This document shows, one piece after another, positions 14,900 through 33,335 of a DNA stretch of 64,000 bases. The notes under the pieces were generated by a model that saw only the letters and a list, made by a program, of their open reading frames with translations, was not told the DNA's origin and made no database searches. The position numbers and the translations under genes are program-made. Location: assembly GCF_009914755.1 (NCBI RefSeq), contig NC_060929.1. One strand, 5' to 3'. Within the stretch, counting starts at the first letter, position 1. Each line of letters starts with the position of its first letter. Source of the stretch: the human T2T-CHM13v2.0 reference genome, Homo sapiens.

Positions 14900-15349
14900 G
14901 TTTTGTTTTGTTTTCTTTTCTTTTTGAAACAGAGTTTTGCTCTTATTGCCCAGGCTGGAGTGTAATGATGCAATCTCGGCTCACTGCAACCTCCACCTCC
15001 AGGTTCAAGTGATTCTCCTGCTTCACCCTTCCGAGTAGCTGGGATTACAGGCACCTGCCACCACACTCGGCTAATTTTTGTATTTTTTTAGTAGAGACGG
15101 GGTTTCATCATATTGGCCAGGCTGGTCTGGAACTCCTGACCTTGTTATCCGCCTGCCTTGGCCTCCCAAAGTGCTGGGATTACAGGCGTAAGCCACCGCG
15201 CCCAGCCGCCTGACTAATTTTGTAGTTTTAGTAGAGACAGGGTTTCACCATGCTGGTCAGGCTGGTTTCAAACTCCTGACCTCAGGTGATCTGCCTGCCT
15301 CGGCCTCCCAAAGTGCTGGGATTACAAGCATGAGCCACCACGCCCTGGC
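14900..15349 (-). mobile_element. Composite Alu with two left arms and one right arm
   Basis: Full Alu to 15207, followed directly by a second left arm. Confidence 0.9.
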
Positions 15350-16182
15350 TACAGTTTTCATTTCTATAGAATAAATGCCCAGGAGTGCAATTGCTGGGTC
15401 ATATGGCAAGTGTGTTTAATTTTATAAGAAACTGCTAAGCTGTTGTCCAGGGTAGCTGCAGCATTTTACAATCCCACCACCACGGTGTGAGAGCTCCAGT
15501 TTCTGCCTCCTCCCCAGCACTTGGTATAGCAGCAGTTGTTTTTAGCTATTTAATAGGTGTACAGTGGTATGCCATTGTGGCTATAATTTGCATTTCCCAA
15601 TTGCTTAATGACGGCAAACATCTTTTCTTGTGCTGATTTCTCATCTGTTTATTTTCTTTCATGAAATGCCTGTTGAAGTCTTTGCCTATTGGATTTATTT
15701 TCTTCCTGTTGAGTTTAGAGTTCTTTTCATATTCTAGATACAAGTTCTTTGTCAGAAAGGTGAATTGCAAATGTTTTCTCCTAACCTGTGGCTTGCCTTT
15801 TCATCCTCTGCGTGCGGTCTTTCGCAGAGCGAAAATTTTAAATTTTGATGAAGTCCAATTTATCAATGTTTTTCTTCATGGATTGTGATTTTGGTGTCAG
15901 GTTTAAGAACTCTTTACCTAACCCTAGTTCATAAAGATTTTCTCCCATGTTTTCTTCTAAAAGTTTGATATTTTACATTTAGATCTACTATCCATTTTGA
16001 GTTACTTTTTGGATAAGGTGTGAAGTTTAGCTCCAGGTTTGTCCATTTTGCCTAGGAATGCCCTAAACCATTATTTCAAAACCATTTGTTGAATGACCTC
16101 TCTTACTGGCTACTTCTTTCTACACATCCACCTTTTCACTACATAAATAGTAAGAGTAAAAGTAGGAATCACATCTTATGCC

Positions 16183-16318
16183 TTTTTTTTTTTTTTTAAA
16201 TATAGATGGGGTCTCATTATGTTGCCCAGGCTGGTCTCAAACCCTTGAGCTTAAGTGATCCTCCTGCCTCAGCCTCCCAAAGTGCTGGGATTACAGGTGT
16301 GAGCCACAGGGGTCGGCT
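16183..16318 (-). mobile_element. FLAM-type Alu monomer
   Basis: Single arm with poly-T, TSD atcttatgc. Confidence 0.9.
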
Positions 16319-16354
16319 TATCTTATGCTTCTTGACATCTCCCTCTGAACTTAG

Positions 16355-16960
16355 CATTCATTCATTCATTTCTTCATTCATTCAATAAATATTAATTGAA
16401 TACTCATTATGTACTCATTATGTGCTGGGAATTATGCTAGGCACTTAGAATACATCGGTTCTCATGGAGTTAATAACCTAGTGGAGAAGAACAATAATAA
16501 AAAAGCAAAAAGGGCCAGATACTGTGGCTCACTCCTGTAACCCCAGCACTTCAGGAGGCCAAGGCAGGAGGATCACTTGAGCCCAGGAGTTCCAGAGCAG
16601 CCTGCACAACATGACCAAACCCTGTCTCTACCAAAAAAGATACAAAAAGTAGCCAGGCGTGGTGGTGTGCACCTATAGTCCCAGCAACCCAGGAGGCTGA
16701 GGTGGGAGCATCCCTTGAGCCTGGGGAGATCAAGGCTGCAGTGAGCCGTGACTGTGCCACCGCACTTCAGCCTGGACGACAGAGTGAGACCCTGTCTCAA
16801 GAAACAAAAAAAGAAAAGAAAGAAAAAAAGAATCGAATTGGCGTTGTGACGATGTGCTCTGAGAGAAATGAGAAGCACAGTAGAAAAACAATAACGGATG
16901 GGGGTGCAAAATGCGTAGGGAGCTGCACTTAGGGGAAGATAAAGTCTAAGCTAAGATCTT
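16355..16960 (-). mobile_element. L2 3' end, interrupted by Alu
   Basis: (cattcatt)n..aaatatt.attgaatac...tgctaggcact. Confidence 0.65.
16513..16829 (+). mobile_element. AluJ
   Basis: J diagnostics ttgagcccagg, caaggctgcagtgagc. Confidence 0.9.
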
Positions 16961-18789
16961 ACCACCTCTGAGGCTGTCACTGGGATGAAGAAAGAGAAGC
17001 GGCGAGAAGCTCTAACGCTATTGGTCCAGCCATCTCTTTGTCTCTACGCCCTCCAACTCTCACAGCTGAAAAAGGCACCCGGAAATATTAGCCACCATCG
17101 TTAAAAGGAATGCAGTACAACTCCATCTCCTGACACAGGAACCTCCCCAACATAATGCTCAGTGAGTGATACATTTCTCCCTTCCTCCCTCTCCCCTCCC
17201 TCATGCCATCTTTAGCTACTAGAGTTCCCCACACCTCTGATGCCTTCCCCTTTCTCAGAAGTTAGTCATGGGCAGTGAAGAGTCTCCATTCGTTACTGAC
17301 CCTCTGAGCTATGTCATGCCCCACACTGCCTCTCCCTATCCCCCATTCTCAAGTCCACCTGGGGAGAAAGCAGGTATTCCCAGCCCGCAGAGCTGATTGA
17401 GGAGTTGTGGGGGTCAGGAGAGGCTGGTGGACAGAAAGCGGGTTCCCACCACTGCTCCACACAGGGCAGCGGTGACCCTGATTGAGCCCAGCCGAAGCCC
17501 AGCCTAGAAGGAGGGGGCAAGTGGCATCCCCGGCCTCAGCCTCATTCAGGACTGGTTGTCTACAACCCAGTGTGGTTTTGCGGTTCCTCTTGGATTTTGG
17601 ATGTTCATAAAATAAGCTGCCAGCTGCCTGCCTGCTGTGGTAGGGGGAGGGTCTGTGGGACGAGTGCCTTGCTGTTGAGGGCTGGGGGTGCTGACGGGTT
17701 CCAATGAAGCTGGCCTGTGAGCCTCCTGGATGGCTGCCTAGAGCACTTTCCTAGGCCAGGGCAGGAGGCCCAAACCACCTGCTGGCCTACTGGTGAATGA
17801 GTAGTAGACCAGGTGGGATTTCATAGCTGCATCTATTCGGGATTTTCAGAAGGCTTCCAAGGTTTCTATCCCCTACCAGTTCTCCTGGCCGCACCCATCT
17901 TCTAGCCATGTCCTTCGACACCCACATCTCCAGAAGCTTGGCCGTGATTAGCGCAGTGCCTGGCGCAGAGGGGTGAGGCCTCACCTTTCTAGGGCCTTCT
18001 CGGCCTGCGGTGTGTTCTGGGAAGCACCGAAGTCTGGAGAGTGAGGATCAAGCAGGTTCTCTTTCTTCCATGGGCATTGTCAACCAGTGAGAACTTTAAG
18101 GCATCACAGTGTGTTTGCTTTTAGCCTCCAGGGGCAATCAGATCTCTCTGCTGGAGGGCCTGGCGGGGTCTCTGCTGCTGGTGGGGAGACAGCAGTGGTG
18201 CCCAAGCATCTTGGCCCTGGTGCTCTGGGGGTGTGTTCGGTCAGCTCTGGGACTAGGGGGTCCTGTTCCAGCCCCGTGGTCATTGGCTGATTTAACCCTG
18301 AGGTGGCCTTGGTTATGCAGGCCACCCAGATATAGCCTCTCCCTGGGCTTGGGCTGACTTGAGCAGGCTGCTTCACCTCTAAGAGTTTGCTCTGCCCACA
18401 CAGGCTCACTCCTCTGGGAGTGACACATTCTGGAAGTGTGTCCCCTAACCTCTGTCCACAGCCTGGGGGCCGGGAAGAAGACCACTCCAGCTAAGATGAG
18501 ATTCTGTCTCTTCTTGCACTTGACACTTCCCTCAGATTTGATACTTGTTCCCTGACACTGCGCTGTCTTATCTGGCCTTGAAGGCAGGACTTTCTCCTCC
18601 TTGGAAACTAGAGGTACCAGGATCCCTGTGAGTGGCCAGGCACTGGGGTGTGGCTTGAGGGTCACCCATTGTGTTCATGACACATCATCCAGACATTTTC
18701 TTTTCACCCCCCATTGCGGGGACTAGGATCACCAAGGTCCTGCCCTGCTGCCCCTCCCAGAAGCCTGGGTGATACCCCAAACTTCAAAT

Positions 18790-18960
18790 AAGGTTAAGAG
18801 AATTGGCTTTCATTCCAGAATGCTTGGGTTCAAACCTGACACCATTACTTGCCTGCTCTGTGATCTTGGACAAGTGATATAACCTCAGTGCGGCTTAGTC
18901 CCCTCTTCTCTACCCCCTCAAAGAACTATTATGGAGATTAGATAGGATAAGGTACATGAG
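18790..18960 (+). mobile_element. MIR
   Basis: tgggttcaaacc...tgtgatcttggacaagtga..taacctc. Confidence 0.7.
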
Positions 18961-18962
18961 TA

Positions 18963-19855
<893 letters not shown>

Positions 19856-19979
19856 ATTAAATGGTAGTCATTGTTTTTGTTATTCCTTACAAAATTTACC
19901 CAGCTTGTCTTCTGTTCCTCAGGACTGATCAGTGACAGGGCTAACAGAAAATTAACTCAATTAGCTGGGGAAGACATTC

Positions 19980-20670
<691 letters not shown>

Positions 20671-21041
20671 CCCTAACACACTTGGTTTGCTTCCCCCAGA
20701 AAACAAAGGGCAATGGAAGAACCTGACCATGGAGTGGTGATCGGGCTGGGCTTCTAGTGCTTTTCCTATTACCACAGGCAGAAAGCCCCCATCCCTACTT
20801 AGTCCCCTGGGTACCTGGGGCATCTCACCATTACTAGCATAGGATTTTGTGATTTGCAAGACATGTTTACACATCTACAATTTCTCTGCCCCTTCCAGCA
20901 ATCAGGTGGGGAGGACAGAAGAGAGTAATTGTTATTTCTTTCTTACCAAGGCTCATAAAGGTGAAGCAGCTTGCCCGAGGTCACCCAGCTAAAACAACAC
21001 AATAGGTTTTCAGGTTCCCAACGCAAGTTCTTTTATCTATA

Positions 21042-21888
<847 letters not shown>

Positions 21889-21960
21889 TACCATCCTGCC
21901 TTTTGCTGATGCCAAGGGTAGTTCCTATACCTGAAAAACATAATATAAAATACTATCTTG

Positions 21961-22262
21961 GGGTCGGGTGCAGTGGCTCACACCTGTAATCCCAGCACTT
22001 TGGGAGGCTGAGGCGGGCAGATCGCTTGAGGCTGGGAGTTCAAGACCAGCTTGGCCAATATGGTGAAACCCCATCTCTACTAAGAATACAAAAATTAGCC
22101 AGGTGTTGTAGCATGCCTGTAATCCCAGCTGCTCAGGAGGCTGAGGCACGAGAATCACTTAAACCTTGAAGGCAGAGGTTGCAGTGAGCCAAGATCATGC
22201 CACTGCACTCCAGCCTGGGTGAGAGAGTGAGACTCCATCTCAAAAATAAAATAAAATAAAAT
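21961..22262 (+). mobile_element. AluS
   Basis: Full Alu with (taaaa)n tail. Confidence 0.95.
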
Positions 22263-22264
22263 AT

Positions 22265-22350
22265 TGGAACTAGACAGTCTCTTAAAGCCATGCAGTTTAT
22301 GTTTGAATATGCTTGAATACCTCCAGTGATAGGTAACTCACTACCTATAA
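22265..22350. mobile_element. Possible L3/CR1 fragment
   Basis: cttgaatacctccagtgat..gtaactcactacc. Confidence 0.4.
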
Positions 22351-23264
22351 GAGGAAACTAGAGAGTGGATCCTGATGGTATACAAGAAGGAGGTGGCCTG
22401 GGACATGGCTGACCTGCTGACCTTGGAGATGTTTGCCCCACAAATGAGGCTGCAGGATTGAGTCTATCTGAGGAATGTCCTGCAGCCAGGCCCACAAGGT
22501 GTCCCTCCCAGCCCTGCCCCAGAGCCCTCTCAATCCTTCCTCTCTAAAACCGCAGCCCCTCCTTCAGAAGGAAGCCCTCTCTGCACAGACTGGTTAAGGT
22601 TTATTAGTCCTTAAAATTCCTTCGAGATGAGTTGGTATTTATTTCCCTGCAAAGCTTATGTAACCGTAAGAGGATACTGGGGCTGCCAAAGCTGTCTGTG
22701 GTTTGGATGGGGCTCACAGCGGTTTCTTCTGGGAGCTAAATATTATAATGAGTGACCTCATACTATCATTTTCTTTGGAACCGAGTTGTGCTTGTCCCAG
22801 TGGTACCCGGAGCTACCTCCCAGGCCCCTGCTGTTTTGATTCAGGCCAGGACCAGAGGGTAGAATGAAGGGAACAGGGAGAAAAAATTAGTCTGTTGAGC
22901 CAACTTGTTCACTCGGCTTCCGGGGAGGCTGAGATCTGGGTTTTCAGCCAGCGCCGAGCGCTGGGTGGCCACAGTGATTGGACTGCTGGGGAAATTATGG
23001 GAAAGGCCAGCCTTCCAGCTACTGTCTGTTTCAATCTGAGCTTTTGTAAGGATGCAGATTTGGGACTTGGAACAGGAATGGGTTGGGGAGGATCTGACTG
23101 CTGAGTGGTCACGGGCCAATCCTTAGGAACTGTTGAAGCTTGGAAAGTCTTGCATGGGGAGCCTCCAGCTGTTGAGTAAGAGGCGCCATTCGTGGAGCAC
23201 TTGCTGCATACCAGGCACGAAGAAAAGCACTCTGCCTGCATTCACCAGGGGGGCTGTGTAAGAC

Positions 23265-23500
23265 AGTGGGTTGGAGGGTCGACATAGTGTGGAATGGCTG
23301 GGTCTGTGTCCCAGCTCCACCACTTAATGTCCATGTGACACTGGGCAATGATATAACCTATATGTCCCCATCTCTAAACAGTGGTGATGACAGCCCCCCT
23401 GTGAGGTTGTTAGGAAGATTAAATGTGATAATGCAGACAAAATGCTTGCACAGTGTCTGGTATAGAAAAGAACTCAAAAAATGTTAGCCGTCATTATCAG
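23265..23500 (+). mobile_element. MIR
   Basis: tgtgacactgggcaa...gaagattaaatgtgataat...aaatgttagc. Confidence 0.75.
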
Positions 23501-24169
23501 CGGCAGCATCTAACTGGATCCTCATAGCATCCCTAAGGGGTAGGGTCTCTTGATCTCCATTTTGCAGGTGAAGAAATGAGACTTGAGGGGTCATGTGGTT
23601 AATGAGCCACAGGACTAAGATATGAAAACTTCACTCTAGTGTCCCCTTGGCCTGGAGGTGGAAAGGGTGGGGTTTACTGCATGGATTCCTTCCTTAGGGA
23701 GCTTGAAAGCTGCCACGTGCAAGGCTAGGGAAGGGAAAGAGCTGGATTCCCTGGCCATGGAGGTCTACACTGGGAGAAAAATGGTTCTTAGAAAAGACTC
23801 TGAGGAACCTACTGGATGGTGAACTTCAAGAGGGATCAGGAATCATGTTGGTCTTGCTCACCACCACGTCCCAGTTCTGAGCACAGCGCCTGGCACCATG
23901 GTTTTTGACTGAATAAGTTACATTTGCAATGATCCTTTGAGCATTTTCATTTTAACAAGAAAAGCCTGGCTTCTTTCTCTGTTATTAACTTTTTTGACCT
24001 CAGTGACACCATGCAGGTGGCATCTACTGGGGCTGATAAATCCCCTTGGGAATAAAATGCCCAAGGCAGATGAGGGGAACACAGCTCTGGGGCCCAAGAG
24101 AACCCACAAGGGAGAGGGAAGGATGGGTTAGTGCTTCCAAAGCCCTGGTCAAGTGCCTTGAATGTAGTG

Positions 24170-24460
24170 GGCAGATAGATATAAAGCACCTTCTAGGTGC
24201 CCACCATGTGCATAAGTGCTGCAGACACAGAAGTGAGCAAGAGAGACAGAGAATTCCCTGCCCTTGGGGAGTGCCTGGCCTGGTCGGGAAAAGATAGCAA
24301 ATGAGTAATTAAATGAGTAGTTGTTGATTATAAATTGTAGTAACTGCTGTGAATGAAAAATGCCCTAGGTACCAAGACAGAGAATCATAGAGAAGCAGAA
24401 TTCCTATTTTAAAGTAGTCAGGGTAGGCCTCATGGAGGAGGTGATGTTTAAGCTCATTGG
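24170..24460 (-). mobile_element. L2 fragment
   Basis: ccctgcccttgggga...gtagtcagggtaggcctc..ggaggaggtgatgtttaagct. Confidence 0.55.
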
Positions 24461-24629
24461 GAAACTTTGTACGACCTCGAAAGGGACTCAGTTTTCTCTC
24501 CTGATGGTCACAGGGGAGAATTGGAGGCTCATAGGCCCGAGGCTGGCATCAAAGCCTAAGTGAAGCCATGTTAAGGTATTTCTGAAGCCCCTTTTGCACT
24601 AGAATCTCAAGAGTAAAGATTCTGTCTCA

Positions 24630-25049
<420 letters not shown>

Positions 25050-25379
25050 CTAGAGGTGCTATACATCGCTATTCCGAGGGCATACATGAGGCCCGTTTTC
25101 AAGAGTTTTTCACATTTATCCCCTTGGTTCAGGATCTTCTTAAATTATTTACATGTCCCCAGCAAGAAACAGCTCTGGACTTTTGCTTTACCTCTTTGCA
25201 GAGCATTGTCAACCACTAGTCCTCTTAGTCATCCTCACCCACACTCAATAGGCCCTGCCAGTTCTACCTTTGAAGTGTACCCCAAATTCGTCCTCTCCCA
25301 GCCCCATTGCCCAGTGCTTCCTGTTCTCACCAGGCCATGTGCACACGCTGCCAGGGAGGCTTTTAAAGATGTTGGCCTC

Positions 25380-25674
<295 letters not shown>

Positions 25675-26023
25675 TTATTGTAACTTGGAACTAAAAAGCC
25701 CTTTCCATGGCCGTAGTGGCCCATGCCCTTTCCCATCTGCGTCTTGTACTCCACACCCCTCACCCACCGCCCTTCACCTTTCGCCAGGATTTTGTCTGAA
25801 TGGATCTAGTCCCAGCTGCATACGTTCAGCATAGACAATGATTAAAACCTAGACTTCAGGGCTCTGTAGCTGGAGGCAAGTTGCTCTGTGAGCCTGTTTC
25901 CATACCTGTTCAATGAGCATAGGAAACGCCACCTCTGACAGATGTTTAAAGAATGTTAATGGGAAAGTCTCTTTCCCATTTAGGCTAAAACAAAAGTACC
26001 TCCTTAGTATACTTTATACTTTA

Positions 26024-26958
<935 letters not shown>

Positions 26959-27839
26959 GAAATCTGCATATGAAGCAGGGTGGGCGATGTGGTCTCCTTA
27001 TCAAGCAGGAAGTGGCCTCAGAGAGGTTAAAGCCCTGTTCAAGGAGACACAGGGAATGGATAGTGAAACTGGGACTGCAATGACAGCTGCACTTGAACTT
27101 CTCCTGAAGGTGATGCTGCGGAGGGACCAGATGAAGACTCTGAGCCCCAAAGCCAGCCAGCATCTAAGGGACAGACCTCTGCTTTCAGGTCAGCCCCGAC
27201 ACGGCTGCCTGCTCAGGGAGGCCGACTTCCCTACAGCCCAATTCTGGGGCACTCACACATCTCTCAAATTCTTCAGTGTTCACCCTCTCCCTGGTCTTCT
27301 CCCATTGCACTTCTCCCGCCACTGACCTTGGCTTCTCCAGCCTTCCCTCCTCCAGTTTACAGCCCCAATTCACTGGGCAGTGTGGGGAGCTTGGGCCAAG
27401 GGTAGGATTTGGCTGTGGGGTGGGTGGGGTCACAGGGCAGCGAAAGCTTCACCAAACATCTTGCCCACTACCTCCACAGTCCAAGTCCGGGGATGCATTT
27501 CCTAAGAGGAGCCCAGTTCGGTATCTAAATCCTTCAAGGTGGGGAGCCAGAGGGAGAGGGGTGTTAAGATCTTTAACTTCCAGAATTCACATTCTTGCAA
27601 TGAGCGGGACCCTGTCCGGCTAAGAAGCATCAGTACCACAGGAGGGAGTTTAAACAGGAAGAGGAGATTTTGCTTTGTGGTTGTGATTTTAATGCTCTCC
27701 CGGCTGGTTGGATGAGTGCCTACTTTCTGGGGCTGGGGTGGTAGGGTGGAGGTGAGAAGGTGGTGGGGGAAGAGAATAGGGAGGAAAGGAGAGTCCTCAA
27801 AAAAGTAGTGTAGCTGCATGGGAGAAAGCGATGTCTGAA

Positions 27840-27955
27840 TCCTGTGAATCCCCTGGAGCTGCTTCCCAGCTGTTTGACCTTGTGAAATGGCCTAACTTCT
27901 CCCAACTTCCATTTCCTCATCTGTATAAAAGCAGGGACAATACTTCCTTTATTAA
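27840..27955 (+). mobile_element. MIR
   Basis: tttcctcatctgtataaa core. Confidence 0.65.
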
Positions 27956-28495
27956 GCAAATATCTTCTGTCTGCCTACCGTATGCTTGACCCTGTGCAAA
28001 TGAACAAGACAAACAGGAGACAGGATCTCTGCCGCCCTGGAGCTTATATTCCAGGAGGGAGACAAACAAGAAATACATCAACTATAAACAAACAAGATAA
28101 TTTTGGATCATGCTAAGTGTTAGTCAAAAGCCGAAAGGGAGTGGGGAACATGGGACGGACAGGGAACTCCTCTCTGAGGACGTAGCCTCTGAACAGAGTC
28201 CTGGAAGCTGAGAAGTCAGTTCTGGAAATGGAGGAAGAGTGCTCCAGGCGCAGGGAACAGCAAGTGCAAAGGCCTTGAGATGGGAATGGGCTTGACGCGC
28301 TTGCAAAACAGGCAGTGGCCTGAAAATATAAAATGTGGTGAGCAAGCGGAGAAGTGGTTTGAGCAGAGGTGGGAGAAGTAGGCCAGAAACAGATCACACA
28401 GGGCTTTGGAGGCTATGCTGAGGGGTTTGGAAGGCTTTCGAGGGTAAGTTAAGCAGGAGAATGACATGATTAGGTATGTATTTGAAAAGATCACC
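27955..28495 (-). mobile_element. L2
   Basis: gaacagcaagtgcaaaggccttgag, ggccagaaacagatcacacagggc, ttaagcaggagaatgacatgat. Confidence 0.8.
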
Positions 28496-30029
28496 ACCAT
28501 GAATTTTCTGAGCCTCATTTTCCCCCTCTGTTAAAAATGAGCATAATAATACATATCTCACAGGATTATAGAGGATTAAAAGACTTGAAAGTTAAAGCAA
28601 CAAGCAAATTGATGAACATATATGCCCGAGGTGCACAACAAATGCCAGGACCATGATGTGAAGACTTTTTAGGAGCTCTGAAGAGATCTGCTTAGGAGTG
28701 AGGATGGTTCCTAAAGAGTTAATCAAACCTGTCTTGGGAAAAGCAATCCCATGCTGCTAATATAATGGTAAAGGATGCAATTCAGGCTGTTTATTTTTTA
28801 GAGATTCAGTGCTCCTATTAAGCAATCACTCTGTTTATGTCACTGCTAATTGAAGTAAATTGCTTTCTGCAATCAAATCGGGAAGTTCCCCCTTCCGATC
28901 ACGAAAGGGACTTGGACTCTGGTTCCTGATTTCCAGTATTTAGTCTGACTTGAGATTTGCCCTGTAATTAATTGCATACATTCCACTGATTTCCTTAAAC
29001 AAGCAGTTGGTTTGCCGTTGGGTCGGCAAGGGATGCGTTGATTTTGAAATTGCCCCTGGGATAGGAAGTGTTCCGCCTCCCTTCTCTCGCAACCCCAGCC
29101 ACAGCAGCCTTCTGGCTGATGGAGCTGGTGGGGAGTGGGCCTCACAGCAGATGTGAGAGGTGGAAGTGAGCAGCAGGTGTGACCGCTGCGGTCCAGAATC
29201 CTCTTGGTGCCCCCGCCCAGTGGAGAATTCTAGTGCATTAGAACCAAAGCCCGTGAATCAGGCTGGAGGAATTCCGGGCCATGGGCACAGGCTTCCTCGC
29301 ACCAATCATCAGCTCTATTTTCACTTCTCTGAGAGGCATGGGAGGAAGTGAGGGGAGGTGGGCAAAGAGCAACACTGCATCTGAATAAGCACCCTAAGAG
29401 CCCCGATCCTCTCCACGGCCCAGTCGCTGCCACCCACCCCACACCCCACCCCCAGCTCTCCGTCGTGTGCATAGGCCTGGAGGATGTTCAGGAAGGTGTG
29501 AAGGGGTACCCCAAGGAGGTGGGAGTAAAGAGTTTTAAGGCCTGTGGCCCAGCCCCAGGGAGGAGCACTCCAGCGCCTGCTCCTGGTCTTGGGGAGCAAG
29601 AGCAGGGGATAAGGAGGAGTATTTGATGCTGGACACAGCTGTTAGGTTAGGTTGCCAGGTCACTGAGAAAACAGACAGTGTCCGCCCCATCCTTCATCCT
29701 TGACGCTGAAAAGAAAAAAAAGGGCCTCAGGATTTAGTTGAAGGTGAAGACGTTGGGTGCTTTACCTTGAAGTGTGGAGAGCATCTCTTTATGGATTAAT
29801 CCTGTGACCCTGCAGAAAGTGGTCTTCAAGGCCCAGCTCAGTGGCTGCCTCCCACATGAAGTCCTGTCTGATGCACTCCCCAGGAGTCTCCCTCTCACAA
29901 TTCCCTTGGACTGTGTGCCTCTGGGGCAGTGCCACACCTGTCCTGCCCCGCAGTGGGCTCTATATTTGAGTTTCCTCATCCACCGACAAAGCACCTGGCG
30001 TGAGTGAGATTCTGCTAGGCTGGGGATTC

Positions 30030-30592
<563 letters not shown>

Positions 30593-30716
30593 CACTTACC
30601 ATGAGCCAGGCACTGTACTGAATGTTTTATATGCATTGACTTATCAAACCCCACTATATCCATACAAGGGAGAGACTCAGTATATTGAGTTTGCCGATGA
30701 TGAAATTGAGGCTAAG

Positions 30717-31589
<873 letters not shown>

Positions 31590-31654
31590 CTAAGTAAGAT
31601 GGAGCAACTTGTCTGAAGTGATTAGCTGTTAAGTGATGAAGCCAGAATTCAAAC

Positions 31655-31915
31655 CCAGGCAGGAGTGCAGTGGCACAATCATGGCTCACCCTAACCTCGA
31701 ACTCCCGGGCTCAAGCAATCCTCCCGCCTCAGCCTCCTGAGTGGTTGAGACTGTAGGTGTGCATCACCATGCCCAGTTACATTTGTTTTTACTTTTTGTA
31801 GAGATAGGGTCTTACTATGTTGTCCAGGCTGGTCTCCAACTCCTTGGCTCCAGTGATCCTCCCACCTCGGCCTCCCAGAGTACCGAGATTACAGTCAGAG
31901 CCATGGAGCCTGGCT
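31655..31915 (-). mobile_element. AluJ, tail missing
   Basis: ggagtgcagtggcacaatcatggctcac..ctcccgggctcaagc. Confidence 0.85.
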
Positions 31916-32744
31916 CAGAGACCGCATTCTTAACCACTGTGCAACATTGCTTCCCTGAGGTAGCTTATCTCAGCCCAGCAGGGGCATGCTCACATAGGCT
32001 TGGGATGAGGCTGGCTTTCTTGGGATATCTCTGGGAAAAGTAACGCTTGAGTTGTGTCTGCAAGTCTTGCGTGCAAGTTCTCCTCCACCAAGAAGGCTTC
32101 TGGGTTCCCATCTTTAACCCTCCCTACCTTTTAAGAGCTGGATCTTATTGAGTAAACAGAAGAGTGAATGCCTACAGAAAGCAGGTGACACCAGCCGTCT
32201 TCCCACCATGATGAAAATCCATAATCTGGTGACTAATGTGGCCTCTGGAGAGGTGCTTAGCTGGAAACAGGCCTCACACTAGGGCTCTGGCCCCACTGAG
32301 GTCCAGGGCTGATTCCCACAGGCAGAGATGTCCTCTGCCCCTCTTTAGGCTGGAAAGAGGATAAACTTCCTTCTTTGGGCCTTTTGGGAATTCTTGGCTT
32401 TCTGGGGGCTTCTTCCAGGGGCACATTTGAATTAGGGCCAGGAAGGCAGAAGGAAACAAGCACTTTAAAAAGCATTTTCCAAAACCCTTCCAAAAGCATT
32501 TTCCAAAAACTTTCCGGTTTGGTCCTCACTGACTTAGTCACAGCAGTGTACAAAGAGCAGGGTGGCAGGAGCGGCCCCCCGGTGCAGGCAATAAGGGGAT
32601 GCATTGTCTGCAGAGAATGAAAAGAGAATAAAGAATAAAACCAACCTAAAGGTGCTTGCCATACACCAGCAATTCTAAACAATGTCAGGGAAAATATTCC
32701 TCCCACTGGGACAGGCTGCTTCTGTGCCCTGCCCTTGGTCTGCT

Positions 32745-33335
32745 ACTGTTTGGTTAGGATAATTTAGTAGCAGGGTAACAGAGACTCATTACAAACTGGA
32801 TTAAACCTAGAAGAGTGAATTATAAGGAACCAGGGTCTCTTGTGGAAAAGCCTCTGGGCAGTGCCTCTCTCCTTTCTCTGGCACCCTGTGACACCTCTGG
32901 TTTCTCTGTGTGTCAGCCTCATTGTTCCTTCTTTGCATGATGGCTTCCTCAGCTTTACTGAAGTAGCACATTCTCAGTTCAAGCAACCAGCAGAGACTGA
33001 CCTGCATCTCTTAGTTCCAACTCCAAATTTCTGGGAGGCAGAATTGAACTGGTTCAGTGTAGATCCAGTGACCAACCATAATGCAATAGCCAAAGGAGGG
33101 TGTCCTAAAAACCAGGGCTTTTAGGGCACTTGGGGGTTTGTGTGCTGGCCAGACACCCCAAAACAAGTCTACTAAACATGCTGGGTGTTGTTTGAGAGAA
33201 GCTGAACAGTTCTTTCTTCAGGACCCCTAGGAACCTGTCTCTTTCCTTATATTCCTGTTTCTTTCTGATATAGCCCTTTTCACTTAAGTTAGCTGGAGTG
33301 GATTTTTATTTCTTGCAGCAGGAGAGTCCTTGACC
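32745..33335. mobile_element. Old MLT1 LTR fragments
   Basis: Minus-strand piece (gtaacagagactc..ctccaaatttctgggag) and plus-strand 3' end cttaagttagctggagtgga...cttgca..gagtcc. Confidence 0.45.

Noticed and set aside
17400-18700. GC-richer unique region as a CpG island or coding exons
   Set aside because: CpGs are sparse and no ORF resembles a known protein; regulatory function cannot be excluded
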